A stretch of 64,000 nucleotides of DNA, taken from assembly GCA_010093815.1 (NCBI GenBank), contig ML996572.1. One strand, written 5' to 3'. The notes beneath the pieces are model-generated. The model saw nothing but the letters and a program-made list of their open reading frames with translations. It searched no databases and was not told the DNA's origin. Below are positions 1 to 13,770 of this stretch, one piece after another (the first letter of the stretch is position 1; every line of letters begins with the position of its first letter). Origin of the DNA: Pseudovirgaria hyperparasitica. Lineage: Eukaryota. The position numbers were made by a program, and so were the translations under genes.

Positions 1-840
1 CCATGTCAATTTTCGTGCAAATATAGCTTTCCTTAAGCTCTAATATCCATTCAGCATTCTTGGCATCTTAAATGTATCTCCAGTCCTTATTACTCCCTCG
101 AGTCCCGACGATACTTTGAAGACTATTCTCGAAGCCTCTCAGAGTTATAGTGAGAGAGAATTGGGTACAGTTTCCAGACGGCTTGCTGGGACACAGTATT
201 CCAGGGCATCAAACCAATCAGACTTTCCACGGGGTCAAGAAGTTTCGAACGCTGTAGTATGGAAGAGGAGATTCTTTCGTGTTATGGAGTTTCAAGTCCC
301 TGCTCGAAGCTGTCATATAGGTAATATGCTACCTTCTGTCACGGTAGCATCCATTTGGAATAGAAGCACAGTATTCGGCTCTGCTTTCACCTCGGAATCG
401 CTTCGATGATGCTCTTGCCTCTCTCACAGCACACTCAAGGCCTCGTCTTTCTACCCGACTACTGTACAGCGCTCTACGTTCTTATGGCATTGAATAGGTT
501 GACCAATGTGTCGTGCACGCAGAGCTATACATCCTAGGACCAATGCTAAATACTCCTTGGTAGAGACTTGCACGCACTCAGTCCTTGACTTTAATGATAT
601 CTGGATCTCTTTTGAGCTTTTCAGCTCTTCCGGTATCTATCTATTTATAGCCGGCGTTCGGATCGGACATAAGCACTATAAACCACGCGGCCCTCTCAAC
701 AATGTCAATCCTGCAGTTCCGGACATCACATCCTACAAGTATCTCCAAGGACCTAGAAAACTCCTCGAGCTATAACCTTCCCCGGTCCTACGACCTTTCG
801 TCATTCTTTCCGGGGCCTATCCCTCGCCCGAGAGCCCACC

Positions 841-1776
841 ATGCCCGAACAGACCTTCCGGTCCTACACTCCCCAACAAGGCGCGGCCTACGCCCAATAC
901 CGCACGAACTACCACGAAACTCTCTACGCACTCGTCCTGCGCGTCCACACTTCTACTGGCGGCAAACTCAACTCCCTCCTCGACATCGGCTGCGGCCCCG
1001 GCACTGCCACAGCCTCCCTCGCACCACACTTCACAACCGCCCTCGGCCTCGATGCCTCAGAGGGCATGATTGCCACCGCCCGCGAGCTCCACCCCTCTAC
1101 CACCTCCACCCCCAATCTCACCTTCGCCGTCTCTGCAGCGGAGAGTCTGGGTGCAAATCTTGATCCCCCTGTTGCAAGCAACAGCGTCGACCTGATCACC
1201 GCCGCGACTGCGGCTCACTGGTTCGACATGCCCGGCTTCTGGCGCGCCGCAGCGCGAGTCGTGAAGCCAGGCGGCAGCGTGGCGCTATGGACAGGTAATC
1301 AATTCCGTGTCCACCCCGATGTGCCGGGCGCGGCGCGCATCCAGGCCCGGATGGATGAGTTGAATGCGGAGTACTTGCGTGCCTATTTCGAACCGGGAAC
1401 GGACGCAGCGCACGGCTTATATCGTAATTTGGGGATGCCGTGGAGCGTGGAGCCTGCTGTTGAGGAATTTGAGCGGGAGAGTGTGTTTCGGAGGGAGTGG
1501 GTTCCTGGAAAGGAAGGTGTTGGGGAGGAGTTTTTTGAGAGGCGGGTCGATGAGAGGGTGAGTTTGGATGTTATGGAGAGGATGATGGGGACGGCGAGTC
1601 CGGTGACGAGGTGGAGGGAGGCGAATGGGGGAAAGGTGGGGACGGAGGAGGATGTGGTTAGGGTTATTAGGAGGGAGGTGGAGAGGATCTTGAGGGAGGA
1701 AGGGGTAGAGGAAGGGAAGGAGTGGTTGAAGGCCAGTGTGACTGGGGTTTTGCTTGTTGTTAAGAAGAAGGGTTAG
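841..1776 (+). CDS. Class I SAM-dependent methyltransferase (trans-aconitate methyltransferase / Methyltransf_11-like)
   Basis: Intronless 311-aa ORF with motif I LLDIGCGPG, GLDASEGM, DLITAATAAHWFD and VKPGGSVALW. Confidence 0.9.
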   Translation: MPEQTFRSYTPQQGAAYAQYRTNYHETLYALVLRVHTSTGGKLNSLLDIGCGPGTATASLAPHFTTALGLDASEGMIATARELHPSTTSTPNLTFAVSAAESLGANLDPPVASNSVDLITAATAAHWFDMPGFWRAAARVVKPGGSVALWTGNQFRVHPDVPGAARIQARMDELNAEYLRAYFEPGTDAAHGLYRNLGMPWSVEPAVEEFERESVFRREWVPGKEGVGEEFFERRVDERVSLDVMERMMGTASPVTRWREANGGKVGTEEDVVRVIRREVERILREEGVEEGKEWLKASVTGVLLVVKKKG

Positions 1777-2536
1777 GATGAGAGGTTCACTCGTGGCTAA
1801 TGAGTGGGAATCGATATTGTGGAGCGACTTTATTCTCGAATCTCAAGATTGCATTTCAAATATGTCATGCTTCAAGTTGAATGGGAAGCCTTATCGATGA
1901 GGCACATGTATTTGGCTGCCTGAGGCCGCAAACATATAACACAATCTTTGTCTCTTCAAGTACTTACTGTCTCCATCAATGCACATGCATCGCAAGCAAC
2001 AGTTCCATCTAGACTTCTCTGGCCAGCTTGACTCCCTATCCAACTCCCTCACTCTTCTCACCTATGCCATGGCATAAATATAGACTACATGACAAGTGAT
2101 CGCGGGAGTCGACCGTGGCTTAGACAATCATGCGGGCCCGCAAACTGCCTTGCACCAACACGATGACCAGGTACTGGACTTTTTGCGTCGCAGAGTCAGA
2201 CGCGATGCTCATCTGAAGCTCGAGGCCGTCCTCGTGTTTCGATTTAGAGGCTACGAGCCTTTGCATAGGTACATCCAATTGTTCATGTCCTCAATCGTGG
2301 CGCGTTTAGCCGCCTGGCTATTTGCACCACGCAGGTGTGTAGGCTGGACTATGAGCCCCCACCACCACGCAACGAGCTCGTCAGAGTCCGTAGGTACCTA
2401 CAACAGGGAACTCCTCCGTTGATAGCCCTGCCATCTCACCTCTTAGCTTTTCTGCTACGAAACCTTCTACGAACAAGATCAACCTGGCCACAGACAAAAG
2501 CAACAACAGACCGCCGCAGCGGCCAAACGGCCGAAC

Positions 2537-4724
2537 ATGAGTTTTGGCTGGTCCGTCACAGATGTCGTGAAGCTCGTTGAGCTAAGCGCCAAAGTGTACA
2601 TGGCATTCAATGATGCTAGTAAGAACTCTACCGTGCAAGTACAGGCCCTCGTTCGAGAGCTCAAAAACTTCAACACTTCATTGTCCCTTCTTCAGAATCT
2701 GCTGGAAAAGTATGGCAAATGCGTGCCCTTGGTGTTTGCCGACTTCGAGAAGACCCTCAAGGAGTGCGAGACCTTTATCAAACCCTATGTGGATGCTTTG
2801 ATCGACCGTGGGAAGTCTGTCAATAAAGGCTATCACACAATCGCCTTCGCGTGGAAGGATAAAGACGTCGAACGATTTCGGGCGCAGATCCATGGCCACG
2901 TGCAAGCGCTTCTAATACATACCCAATATCTCAATCTGTGGGTTCTTTTGTATCAAGTTGGTTGACATACGGTACACTGACTCTTAGTAGACAACTCACA
3001 CTCGAGGCTCAGCATCTGCAGCCGCCTGAACGGACACTCCCAATCCCCATCAGGCATGGAAGACTATCAGCAAGCTCCATCAATCAAACAAGAGGACTTG
3101 CGCAGACAGAAACCTCTGATCCACTATTACTACAGGACGAATCTAATAGACTCAAGGACTTCCTCGAGGACATCATCGCTAACAAAGCTCAACCAGCGGC
3201 GGTGAGGGGTCTCGGAATCGCCCAGCCACGTTTGGCCGTATCAGTCGATCTCGATGTATTGCTGAAACTCAAAGACGATATCAGTGACGTTCTCGAGAGA
3301 GCTGAAAATCGAAACAAGAGAATTGCTTTCGAGCAGATCAACCATGACAAGCACTCTACCTATGGTAGCCCAGGAAAGATGACTATCTTGGAAACGCCCG
3401 AAGGCTCGCCGATCCCTGGTATCCAAATCGATGATCCCGCAGAAGCCAAAGACATATGGACGCATCTACCACCCAGGGCACTCAAAGAGCCGAGCCGCGC
3501 GGGTACAGCAAGAACGGTCGACAGTGGCATTGACTTAGAGTCTGTATATGATGAATACGAAGCATCGAGTAGTGGTTCCGTATCTGCGCCCGTTTTCCGC
3601 AACCCGTGGGAGGAGTCTAGTAGTATGTCACCGACAAGGCCGCGCCCAGAATCAGTCTCATCTGTACGGACAGTGAGCACCATCTCGACTGGAAGAACTT
3701 CCTGGAGAGCATCACATGGCTCTGCATACGCTGTCACACCCGGTATCACACCTTTATCCACTCCTAGCGCCGGCGAAATGCTTGTAGGATCCCATACAAG
3801 CCCGACGACTGGAATGGTACCTCTAGACTTACCTCCATCATCTTTCGTCTGGCAACTGGCAAGCGATACTGCGGAGCTCGAGTACCTTGTTGACAAGACC
3901 TGGCGGAAACCGGTACCATGTACGGTCAGTTTCTGTCGACGACAGGATGGTGGATTATCATTACGAGCAACACTAAAGACCGATAAAGGTGGATCCGTCT
4001 ATCAGCATCTCCCTCCCCAAAACAGTCCAATACCTCTAGCGATGCATGGTGTCGTTCGCAACCAACCTAAGACCTACATAACTTTTCCACAAGGTCCTCG
4101 TGGAACCTACAGACCACCTTCAATCAAGGATATGAAGCTAACGTTTTCGACTACTGAAGACTGCAAGCTACTACAAAAGGAAATGTATCACAATCAGGAG
4201 CTCGTATACTCTCGTAACGTTCGCTTAGTCGAGTCAAACAAGCAGGTAGAGGAGTGCCGCAACACTAGCGTCAGACTCTTTCGGGACGGACCGTATCTGA
4301 CTCTGCTTTTGTATACGAACAGAAGAGACAAGCCCATTTGGATTGAAGAATATCGTAAGTGGGTCTTGATTCATATATGGACATCAGCTAATTATGTTTC
4401 TACCTAGACGTCGCTTTCGAGCGGTTATCGTCTTCGACATTGAGAAAATCCTCGAGTAAAGATGTCAAGTTGGTGTTCAGCAAGAATGCGGCAGAGCACG
4501 CAGGGGGCAAACTACTTCGAAGACTGAGTAGTATGTCCTCTCAAGAGCGCCCGCAAGTACGACGAAGTCCAACTACATCATCTGGAGAATCATCGATTAC
4601 CGTATCGAAAGGCTTCCCCATGAACCAGCATAAGCTTAATTGGATCGAGATTCATTTTGATACAGCCGGAGACCGCAATGAGTTTGTCAGAATATGGAAC
4701 GACAATTTCGAGGTTATCATTTGA
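2537..4724 (+). CDS. Three-exon protein: fungal STAND-N/HeLo-like N-terminal helical domain, S/P-rich linker, possible PH-like C-terminus
   Basis: Exons 2537-2937, 2988 or 2991-4354, 4408-4724. Introns GTGGGT..CTGAC..TAG and GTAAGT..CTAAT..TAG join the three ORFs in phase. The N-terminus MSFGWSVTDVVKLVELSAKVY is typical of this domain family. No P-loop seen. Confidence 0.7.
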
Positions 4725-5814
4725 GGAGGTGCGAGAGTGTGGCTCGTATACAATGTACTATATACACATTGGGCGGTATCGTCGTACACACGTCGCAAAA
4801 TCAGGAGCCTGGAAAGTACCTAGTCCCCACCCCCAAAGACTTCTGTCGAGATACCGAGTGATGAGTACGTGGGTGCAGAGCAGACATGGACTCATGTTTC
4901 CACGGCGCTGTAGCCTTGCTTCAGGTTCAGCTGATATTCCCTCTGTTCTTCGTCGATTAATCGGCTTACTGCATAACCCATCATCTTGCTCAGTGCACTA
5001 CCAGCAATTCTAACACTGAGTAAGAGAGGGGGCAGTGGAATGCTGCTGCCCTGTCGACCTCAACACGGGGCGTTTACACGAAATACGGGGTGGGACATTT
5101 CGTGAGCGAAGCAGTCACCGGAAGTCGTGCTACACAGCCATCTCATGGGCTTCTCCGCATGAAGCAGCAGGATTATTCCGAGAAAGAACAGCCCAGACGC
5201 TCTACAACCGGCTCAGCAGGACAGACATGGCCTCTTTGGCTTCGATTCTAGTGCACATGGGCGACCGAATTATTGTATAGACAGTCTGCCTTGCTCCCGG
5301 AAAACAGGCTGCAACGCAGCGCCTTGAGGGCTGGTCTTGTGTGGTTGTAGAACGCGTGCTCCACTTACCATTCAACATCAGGCGTGTTCGATACGGACGC
5401 GCTGATTGGTCGACCGACGGATCAGCACAAACGCTTTGGAACGAACACTAACAACGCCAAAACATACAATTGGCTCTGCGCCTCCGCCACAATAATACAC
5501 ATCCTACTGCTTCGCCTAGCGAGCGAGGCAGATTGACTGCTAGACAATGTTCACCTTGAAATGGGAAGCCGGTGTCTGCCGTCAAAGCCGTTGAGATGAC
5601 TGGAGCCGCAGCGCATCGTTGCGATGAATGACACATGGAGTATGAAACCTCCCTACGCAAGGACTGGCCAACTTCCTGACGCTTTATTAACGATATGCCC
5701 GGCTGATATCTTGGACCTGCGAGTGCAGAACATTTATAGACCCCCGTTGATCCGAAAGATCTCCGAGCCATATCATTATCATCGTACCTTGGGATTACAG
5801 GATTCAAGTGAGAT

Positions 5815-7882
5815 ATGGGTCTCAGAAGATGGGTTAATCGCACAGTGCGTGGGGTTAGAGACCCAACACGAGGCAATGAAGGCTATTCAGTAAGTTTTGG
5901 CAAACCACAAAAAATGACATCCTTTATTGACTGCCGTACAGGCAGAAAAACAACGCGAATGGACACTGGAAACGATCGACTCCTCTGGCTATCAGTGGTG
6001 GGTTGTAGTGGTGGCTGGAATCGGATTCCTGACCGATTCCTATGATATATTCGCTCTCAACGTTGTGACGCCGATGCTAGGGTTTGTGTATTGGCCAGAG
6101 GCTGGGGTCATGCCTCCCGGGTATAAGACTGGGATGATGTGCGCAACACTTGCCGGAACTATGGTCGGACAGATTGCCTTTGGCGTAGCAGCAGACTTCC
6201 TGGGTCGAAGGAAGATGTACGGCCTTGAGTTGATCATCGTTATCGTGGCTACTATCCTCCTCGCGATGAGCTCACGTGGAGCAGCGAATAGCATGGCCAT
6301 CGAAGGCTGGCTCTTGACCTGGAGATTCCTCATGGGCCTGGGGATTGGCGCCGACTATCCCTTGAGCGCTACGATTACGTCTGAATTTGCGCCTAGGAAG
6401 CATCGTGCTCGCATGATGGCAACTGTGTTCTTCATGCAGCCAATTGGCCAGGTATGTCGTCTCTCATTTTTATCGTGCATGTAGCTAACATAAGAGCAGC
6501 TTTTGGCGACTGTGATATCTCTTGCTGCTGTGACATCTTGGAAGGGCTACATTACAGACAATGACATTGCTTGTCGTGCTGATGGTGATTGTCTGCGTGC
6601 GATCGACAAGCTCTGGCGGCTGGTAGTTGGACTTGGTGCAGTACCGGCACTTATAGCCTTGGCTTTCCGTCTCACCATCCCAGAAAGCCCTCGCTACAAG
6701 ATGGATATCAAGAAGAAGTTTCAGAAAGCAAGTGACGACACTGACAATTTCTACGGGCGGGAATTCGACTTGGAGGAAACCGTACAACTCAATACTAGTG
6801 AGCCCTACCACGAGCACGCGCATGAGATGCACAAGGTGCCAGATGCGAGGGCCTCGTCCATTGCTCGTGGCGCGTTGACTCCGTCTCCAATGCCATCACC
6901 TGGCTACGGTCATAGTCCAAGCTTTGCACCTCCTGGGAGCGACACCATCGGCCCTGAAGATGATGTGCTTGACATCGATCATGATACGCATTACGTGGAC
7001 GTAGTGGATATTGATCACACTCCTCAAGAACGTCATTCAATCGGAGGACACAGTGACCACCTTCCGAATCCTCTCGACGACCCACCAGATGCCTCTCAGG
7101 AAGACTTGAGGAATTACTTCATCACTCAAGGCAACTGGATCTGGCTTGCCGGCACCAGCTTGTCATGGCTCAGCCTCGACTTCGCCTTCTATGGTCTCGG
7201 CCTTTCATCTCCAGAAATCCTATCACACATCTGGTCACCCAACAAAGGCCGCCTGCCCGTGTACAGCACGCTCAAGAACAACGCGATCCAGTACCTCGTC
7301 CTAGTCTCAATCGGCGCAACCGTCGGCGGCGCAGCCATGATCAAAGTGACCAAATACGCAAGCCCCAAAGTCATCCAATTCTGGGGCTTCGTCGTCCTAG
7401 CCATCCTATTCATCGTCACGGGAAGCGTCTGGGAAACCCTCCTCAAAGACAGCGGCGACAAGCAATCCACAGGCCTCTACGTCCTCTACGTCCTCTGCCA
7501 ACTCGTCTTCAACCTCGGTCCCAACGTCACCACCTTCATCATCCCCGCCGAAATCTTCCCTACCCGCTACCGCGCAACCTGTCATGGTCTGTCTGCCGCA
7601 GCCGGCAAGCTGGGCTCGTGGGTCGCACAGCTGTTCCTTGCCTTTGCGCCCTTTATGAAGAATCCGGAGAGCGATCTGGGACATGTGCTGCAGGTTATGG
7701 CGGCGTTTATGGGGGCCGGGGCTGTGGTGACGTGGTTCTTGGTGCCGGAGACGCGGGATCGTGAGGGGAAGAGTCGGACGTTGGAGATGTTGGGGCTGGG
7801 CAGGGAGGGGCTGGCGGCGTGGAGGGATGAGGAGAGGAGGAGGGCGAGGGAGGCGAAAGCGGAGAGGGATATGGGGGCTTGA
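5815..7882 (+). CDS. PHO84: MFS phosphate:H+ symporter, PHO84/PHS family
   Basis: Exons 5815-5889, 5942-6451, 6500-7882 with phase-0 GT-AG introns. Motifs GFLTDSYDIF, LGRRKMYG, GIGADYPLSATITSE, IPESPRY, NLGPNVTTFIIPAEIFPTRYRATCHG. Family-level call; orthology not tested. Confidence 0.9.
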
Positions 7883-8109
7883 AATAGATTTGTATATATC
7901 TTGTATTTTTTCACTGGTGCTTGAGTATGTGTTACTACTGTAATGATTCATCACTGTACTATTACAGTCCATACACCTGCATGCCTGGGACGAGAGTGAT
8001 GAACTACATACGCAGTGCTGATAATAATCATCCAGCCTTGATCATGATGATGATGAACATCCCTCCCACCCCTTCTCTCCTTCCACCCACCAAAAACTTG
8101 GAAAAAATA

Positions 8110-8260
8110 CCCAAATACACAATCGCCCTCACCAACCATCAGCACCAACCATCATCACCAACGCCCATCACCAACACCCATCACCAACCATCATCACCAA
8201 CCATCATCACCAACCATCATCACCAACCATCATCACCAACCATCATTACCAACCACTCAA
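8110..8260. repeat. Low-complexity CCATCA/CACCAA tandem repeat
   Basis: Repeated accaaccatcatc units; a complementary TGG-rich tract lies at about 8930-9000. Confidence 0.7.
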
Positions 8261-10411
8261 AGCACAGCACCGAAAGCACAGCAACAACCACGCATGTGAA
8301 CGGAGTCCCATAAGTTCGACACAAACGAACAAACAGCCAGCCAGACATTCTGGCAGTATCTTATCTGACCAGAAGACGCCGCAGAACGACATTGGTAGAG
8401 ATTCCCACTGTATCTGCACCATCTCCCGTCCGTAATGGTAGTAGACGGAGTGGGAGATGTGCATGGCTGATGTGGAGGGAGTGTTGTGGAGGGATGTGGG
8501 GGGATGTGGGATATATATGTGGTGTTTGGGGTGACGGGTAGGTAGGTGCTGGGTGGTGTTGTCTTCACTGGGTTGGACTGAGCTAGAAGTTTGTCATGTA
8601 GACATGTAAAACTGGTGAATGCGCGTACCTGGGATATTCTTACTTACCCGGCACACACTTACTTACCCAGCATAATCTTGCTTACCCGGCACAAGCACAT
8701 ATACATGCCTACAGCGTACTCAGGGCTAGTACATACAGGTATATAGCACAGTACACAGCCAGGATACTCCCTACTCTTCGAACCAACAAAGATCATCTGC
8801 GAATGTGGCAAATATGCGGCTCGTACGTTCGACGATGAAAACGGCGAATACATTTGGGAGTGTCCGAATCGGAGTCACGACACAAAATACGGCCTTTTCG
8901 CTAGCTTCTCGGGGGGGTGGGGGGACGGCTCGTGGTGGTGAGGTTGATTGGGGGTTGGTGGGTTGGTGGATTGGTAAATTGGTGGTGATGATCATTTGTG
9001 TGTAAATCCACAGTCACCGAGCTGCCTCATCACGATGATAATCACCATCATGATTATAAACAACGATGACAATCATCACCACCACCACCACAACCAACCC
9101 CATACTGTTCCGCCACCAACAAAAAGCCACGCATTGTCAGTCGCTTTTCCTGACACATGACATCTGCACTGCTTACATTAAAAGCAGAAAAGGGAGGACT
9201 CCTGAGGTCTGGATGGTGGAATGGTGGATGGGGAGGTAGGTATATATATATAATTTTGCGTTCCTGGTCACGGGTTGTGGTTCGATGCTGGGTTTGAGTA
9301 GTGTTATGACGTAGTGAAGGGTTCTTAGTTAAGGTAGGTCGTGCTAATGATATATCTACCGACGTACATACCTATCCAGGACTTATGGGGTTGTAACTGT
9401 GGGGGTTGATAGGGGGTGTCTGGGTGTTGGTTATTTATGTGGGTTTCGCTAGTGCGTATTGTAGCTGATGGTGTAGCGTGTTGTCGTGGTCTCATATTCC
9501 GGAGGTTTATATGTATGGCTATTTTTTGACTGCGTAGAAGGGGAGTTATAGGAAGTGAAGACTCGTCCGGGAGACCATGAAGGCAGATTAGTGGTTAGAT
9601 GATGAGCGGAGAATCCAGAGAGATACAAGACCCTAAGCACTTGTAACACTTTACCAGGGGGAGTAAGAATGATAGCTATCAAATCGTTTGAGACCATGCG
9701 AGATATTCTTAAAGAGGAGGACGACAAGAAGATCAATGGGAAAACGAGTTAACTCACTGTGGCACGAAGTAGCTAGAGAAACAAAGAAAGAAGACGGAGG
9801 TGAATGAAGTTGCGCGCTAGTCTTGTCCGGACTAGGTTAGTCGTTCCTAGTGTTGCTCCAGGGCCAGCTTCTCGTGATGGTCTTCTTTCTCTTCAATGGG
9901 ATTATCGAGGAAGCCCGGGGCTCCTGGGCATGTTCCTGAGAGCTTAACCATACTTAAGCTTCTTAGACCATGGCTAGTACATCGGAGCTGCCTGCTTATC
10001 GTAAGAATAGAAGATGAGTTTATCATGCATCCAATCACCTTAAGCGAGTTTCCGAAGTTTCCCACGCCGACGACATTCATCTTTCCGACCTGCCACAACG
10101 CGCTGCTGGCATCTCCATATCGGCACGAGTCACCATCGATACATCGGACAGGTGTCAGATAACCCCCCTGATCTACACGAAACATGCCTAGTCGCGATTG
10201 CAAGCGCTGTGGGGATCGCCGTGCATGAAAAACGGAGACTTGTCGCAAAGAGGAAGCTCTGAACAAAGTGACGACGTCGAATCATGACCTTGTGATAGTC
10301 CGCACTACCAATGCGCGCGTATGCACAAGAAGATAAAATGTAGAGTCTCGCCTGCGCATCACGGTGCTCAGCAATTGTTGACTTATATTCTTGCCGCATC
10401 CTGTTCTACCA

Positions 10412-11432
10412 ATGGCAAGCCTCGGTCTGATCGCCCTTTTGGGCTTCACTTCAATTCGAAGCGTTGCTGCGTGGGGCGCATTTGGCCATGAAGCGGTTGC
10501 GTACATCGCACAAGACTTTGTGTCGTCTGCGACTGCGACGTTTGTACAGGTACATAGCGTTCAAACGTTGATGTGCTACATGATATGAATCTGACGCGCC
10601 ATCCAGAATATTCTCTCCGATACATCTACAAGGTACATGGCCAATGTAGCGACCTGGGCTGACAGCTATCGGTCCACCACCGCGGGAAAATGGTCCGCGC
10701 CTCTGCACTTTATGGATGCCATGGATAGCCCTCCCGGTAGCTGTGGTGTCAACTTTGCCCGCGACTGTCCTGCAGAGGGCTGTGTCGTGAGCGCACTCAC
10801 AAACTTCACAAACCAGCTCATGTCCTCGTCGACGTCTGCCGCCGCCAAGCTCGATGCGATGAAGTTTGTCATTCACGTACGCAAGCAATCATCCGGCAAG
10901 CCATGATACGAGGCTGACATCTTATAGTTCGTGGGCGACATGCATCAGCCACTCCATGTCGAGAACCTCGATGTTGGCGGCAACAGCATCGCTGTTACAT
11001 ACAACAGCGCCTCTACCAACCTCCACTCCGTCTGGGACTCGTCGCTCATCCAGGAATACGCCGGTGGCTCTTCGCTCACTGTCGCACGTACTTTCGCTAC
11101 CAGCACGACCGACGCCATCAAGGCAGGAACCTGGAGTACTACCTCATGGCTGTCTGGAACCGACATTAACGATCCTGAGGCGACTGGCATGAAGTGGGCA
11201 GGCGAAGCCAATGGCTACGTCTGTACAGATGTCATTCCAGATGGAGTTGCGGCGGTCCAAGGCGTTGATCTAAGCGGGGATTATTACGATGACCATATCC
11301 ATGCTCCAAGGATCCAAATTGCACGGGGTCAGTCTTATCCAATTGTGAAAGGTCTCAGGAGCTAACCGATATGCAGCTGGGTACCGACTGGCGGCCTGGT
11401 TGAACCTAATTGCGACGGGCAAGACAACGTAG
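10412..11432 (+). CDS. Secreted S1/P1 nuclease
   Basis: Exons 10412-10549, 10607-10876, 10928-11327, 11377-11432. Signal peptide followed by WGAFGH, ATWADSYR, HFVGDMHQPLH, NLHSVWD and AGYRLAAWLN. Confidence 0.93.
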
Positions 11433-12539
11433 GAGTGCGGCTTTCGTGTACTGTCGCTGATGCGTGTGGCCTTCTGTATTGACACGAGAAGTTTGTTTGC
11501 ATTGTTCTTAGCCTGGGGTTGAAAGGGTCTTTCTATGAGTGTGTGGAAAGGATCTGCTAATTATATCCGGGTAAAGACAGTGTAGATACCATAGACTTGT
11601 CACTGTTTATTGAGTAACATAGACTAGGATGAGTCTCTAGGCCTCTAATAACTCAGGCTGTAGATATGCAAGTCAGTCTTCCAATAAAAAGGTCAATGAC
11701 TGCCTTAGGCCTACACATTTGGAGGAGCCGAAGCTGCATGATTGGCCGAGCAGCTTCAAACGAGGCAAGTCATTCTTGCACGCCATCGTGCCAGTTCGCT
11801 CAAAACCCCAGGCAACGTACAACTTTGCAATCGAAGTGCTGCCTTACCATGTTAATGCCTGGCCTACCGTTGCACCCGCTGTAAACTAACACCCATGACG
11901 TTACTCTCAACTCCCAGGTAAGTAAGCGCTGATTCGTCCGTAACTTTTTCAGCGCAACTCTTGGCATGCATGCTCGTGCGCAACATAACGTTTTTCCATA
12001 GTAAATAAGCATTTTAAACATTATCGTGCATAGTAGCCGCAACGTCATAAAATACGTCGAATCTACGTATATAGGCACTTATTAGCCTTATCTCCATATT
12101 ATATAATACTTAAAATACCCCTAAACTATATCTATAGCGCGTTATAGTAGTAAGAGGGCTTGTTTTAGTAGGCTACTCGAGATACCTAACTACTTAATAG
12201 AGGCTTCTCCTTCTTAAACGCGTTATATATATTAACTAATAGTAAGGGTAATAGTAAGCCATAGTTAGATAGTCCAAAATAGAAAGTCTAAGAGTAAGAC
12301 GGTAAATAGTATACCAGCTACTATTAGTAAATAGGCGACTATTATATCTAATTATAACGTAAATATAGTAGAGATACTTATCTCTATACCGTAGGTATTA
12401 AATAAGGCCATAGATATATATTTATTACTATTACTATTACGTGGTAATAAGCGTAATATAGAAAATAAGCCTCCTCTATTAAGTCCTTCTACGGCTATAG
12501 CTCTATTTATACTATATCTAATATTAGTACTTTATATTA

Positions 12540-13397
12540 ATAGAAAGAAGAAGAAATAAAAGAATCTATCTTTATCTCTATATAAGTTCTAGGTACTAGA
12601 TAAGATTAAGGATAGAATAAATAAGACTATATAAGAGATAGTTATTAACGAGTCGTGGAAGTTCGATAGAAAAATGTCCCTAGTTATATAATCTTAGTCT
12701 ACCTTAAATAAGTATATATACTTAATAGAAGTCTCCTTTACCCTTATAGATAAGGTTAAGATTCTATTCTATATTAATTATATTTATATAAGGAAACTAA
12801 AGCACGATATTAATCTAAAGTTTAAAGTTAGAGTACTATACCCTAGATATAAAGCTATAAAGAAACGAAGAGTATAAGCCTCTAAAACTAGACCTTATAG
12901 TATAACGTCGTTAGTAAATATATATAGAACGCCTATATCTACTAGTATATATAGCGAATTACTCTCTCCTCCGAATAATCTTAAGATACTACTATTATAT
13001 ATCTCTATATACTATATATAAGCTAGGGTATCTAGTTTAGGAGAGAGATAGAATAGTTCTATTAGCGCTATAAATACTATACGAGTAGACGTAGTAGCGA
13101 ATACTACGTAGTATTACCACGCTCTAGTCGCTCGTCTTAAGTATAGAGTTAATAACTATCCTTATAAGGATAGATACTATTAGATATAGGCTAATAAAGG
13201 CTCTAGTATAGATACTTAGTACTTATAATAAACCTTTCTAATAGGGGTGCGGCTTATCCCTAAAGTAGTCCGTTCTATAGAGTATCCCGGCTTTTCTAAA
13301 GATAAAGGTACTTAGAAGACTCTAAGAGATATAAGTAGGTTTATAGTAAGTATTAATAGAGTATAAATAGTAACTAGCTAGTAGGCGAGTGAAGTAG
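12540..13397 (+). pseudogene. RIP-degraded ORF of probable transposon origin, cut by Gypsy copy 1
   Basis: One frame has only RIP-type stops and a Cys/Trp pattern after back-mutation (RLxCxxxxCPxKxxYCW). Identity and strand are uncertain. Confidence 0.3.
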
Positions 13398-13770
13398 TGT
13401 GGAAGGCCGCTCCTATAGCCCTACATGTATGTATCCCTAGCTCGATTACATGGCTTCATTGTATATTTAAGGAGGGCGTTTTCCTTGGTCATTCTGCTCG
13501 GCGCGTTTTCCCCCATTACTAATATTCGACTATTCGACCTTTCCTTACGTTCATGGGCCTCTATGGGTATTAATTATTAGGCTTAGCTATTAAAGAATTA
13601 ATTAAGAGTATTATATAGACCCGTCCTATCGTAAAAGAGAACTAATAAGAAGTCGTGCGTTTAAAGAGAACTTATAATACCTAGGAGAGATACTTATGAG
13701 TTCGTCGCGACTACTATACTAGAAATATAGCCATTTATAAAAGGGATACACGTGGCGATAGCTTACCATA
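13398..13770 (+). repeat. 5' LTR of copy 1 (373 bp)
   Basis: Starts TGTGGAAGG, ends CTTACCATA (RIPed ...CA); direct repeat of 24467-24839. Confidence 0.95.

Noticed and set aside
1..800. Short ORFs upstream of the methyltransferase
   Set aside because: No motifs, interrupted frames and no convincing splice structure.
5624..5893. 89-aa ORF as first exon of the phosphate permease
   Set aside because: Its phase at the 5890 donor fits neither nearby acceptor; the ATG at 5815 splices in phase.
841..7882. C-rich to G-rich skew along the methyltransferase and the permease 3' half
   Set aside because: Real, but a common synonymous-codon gradient in fungal genes; no discrete element is implied.
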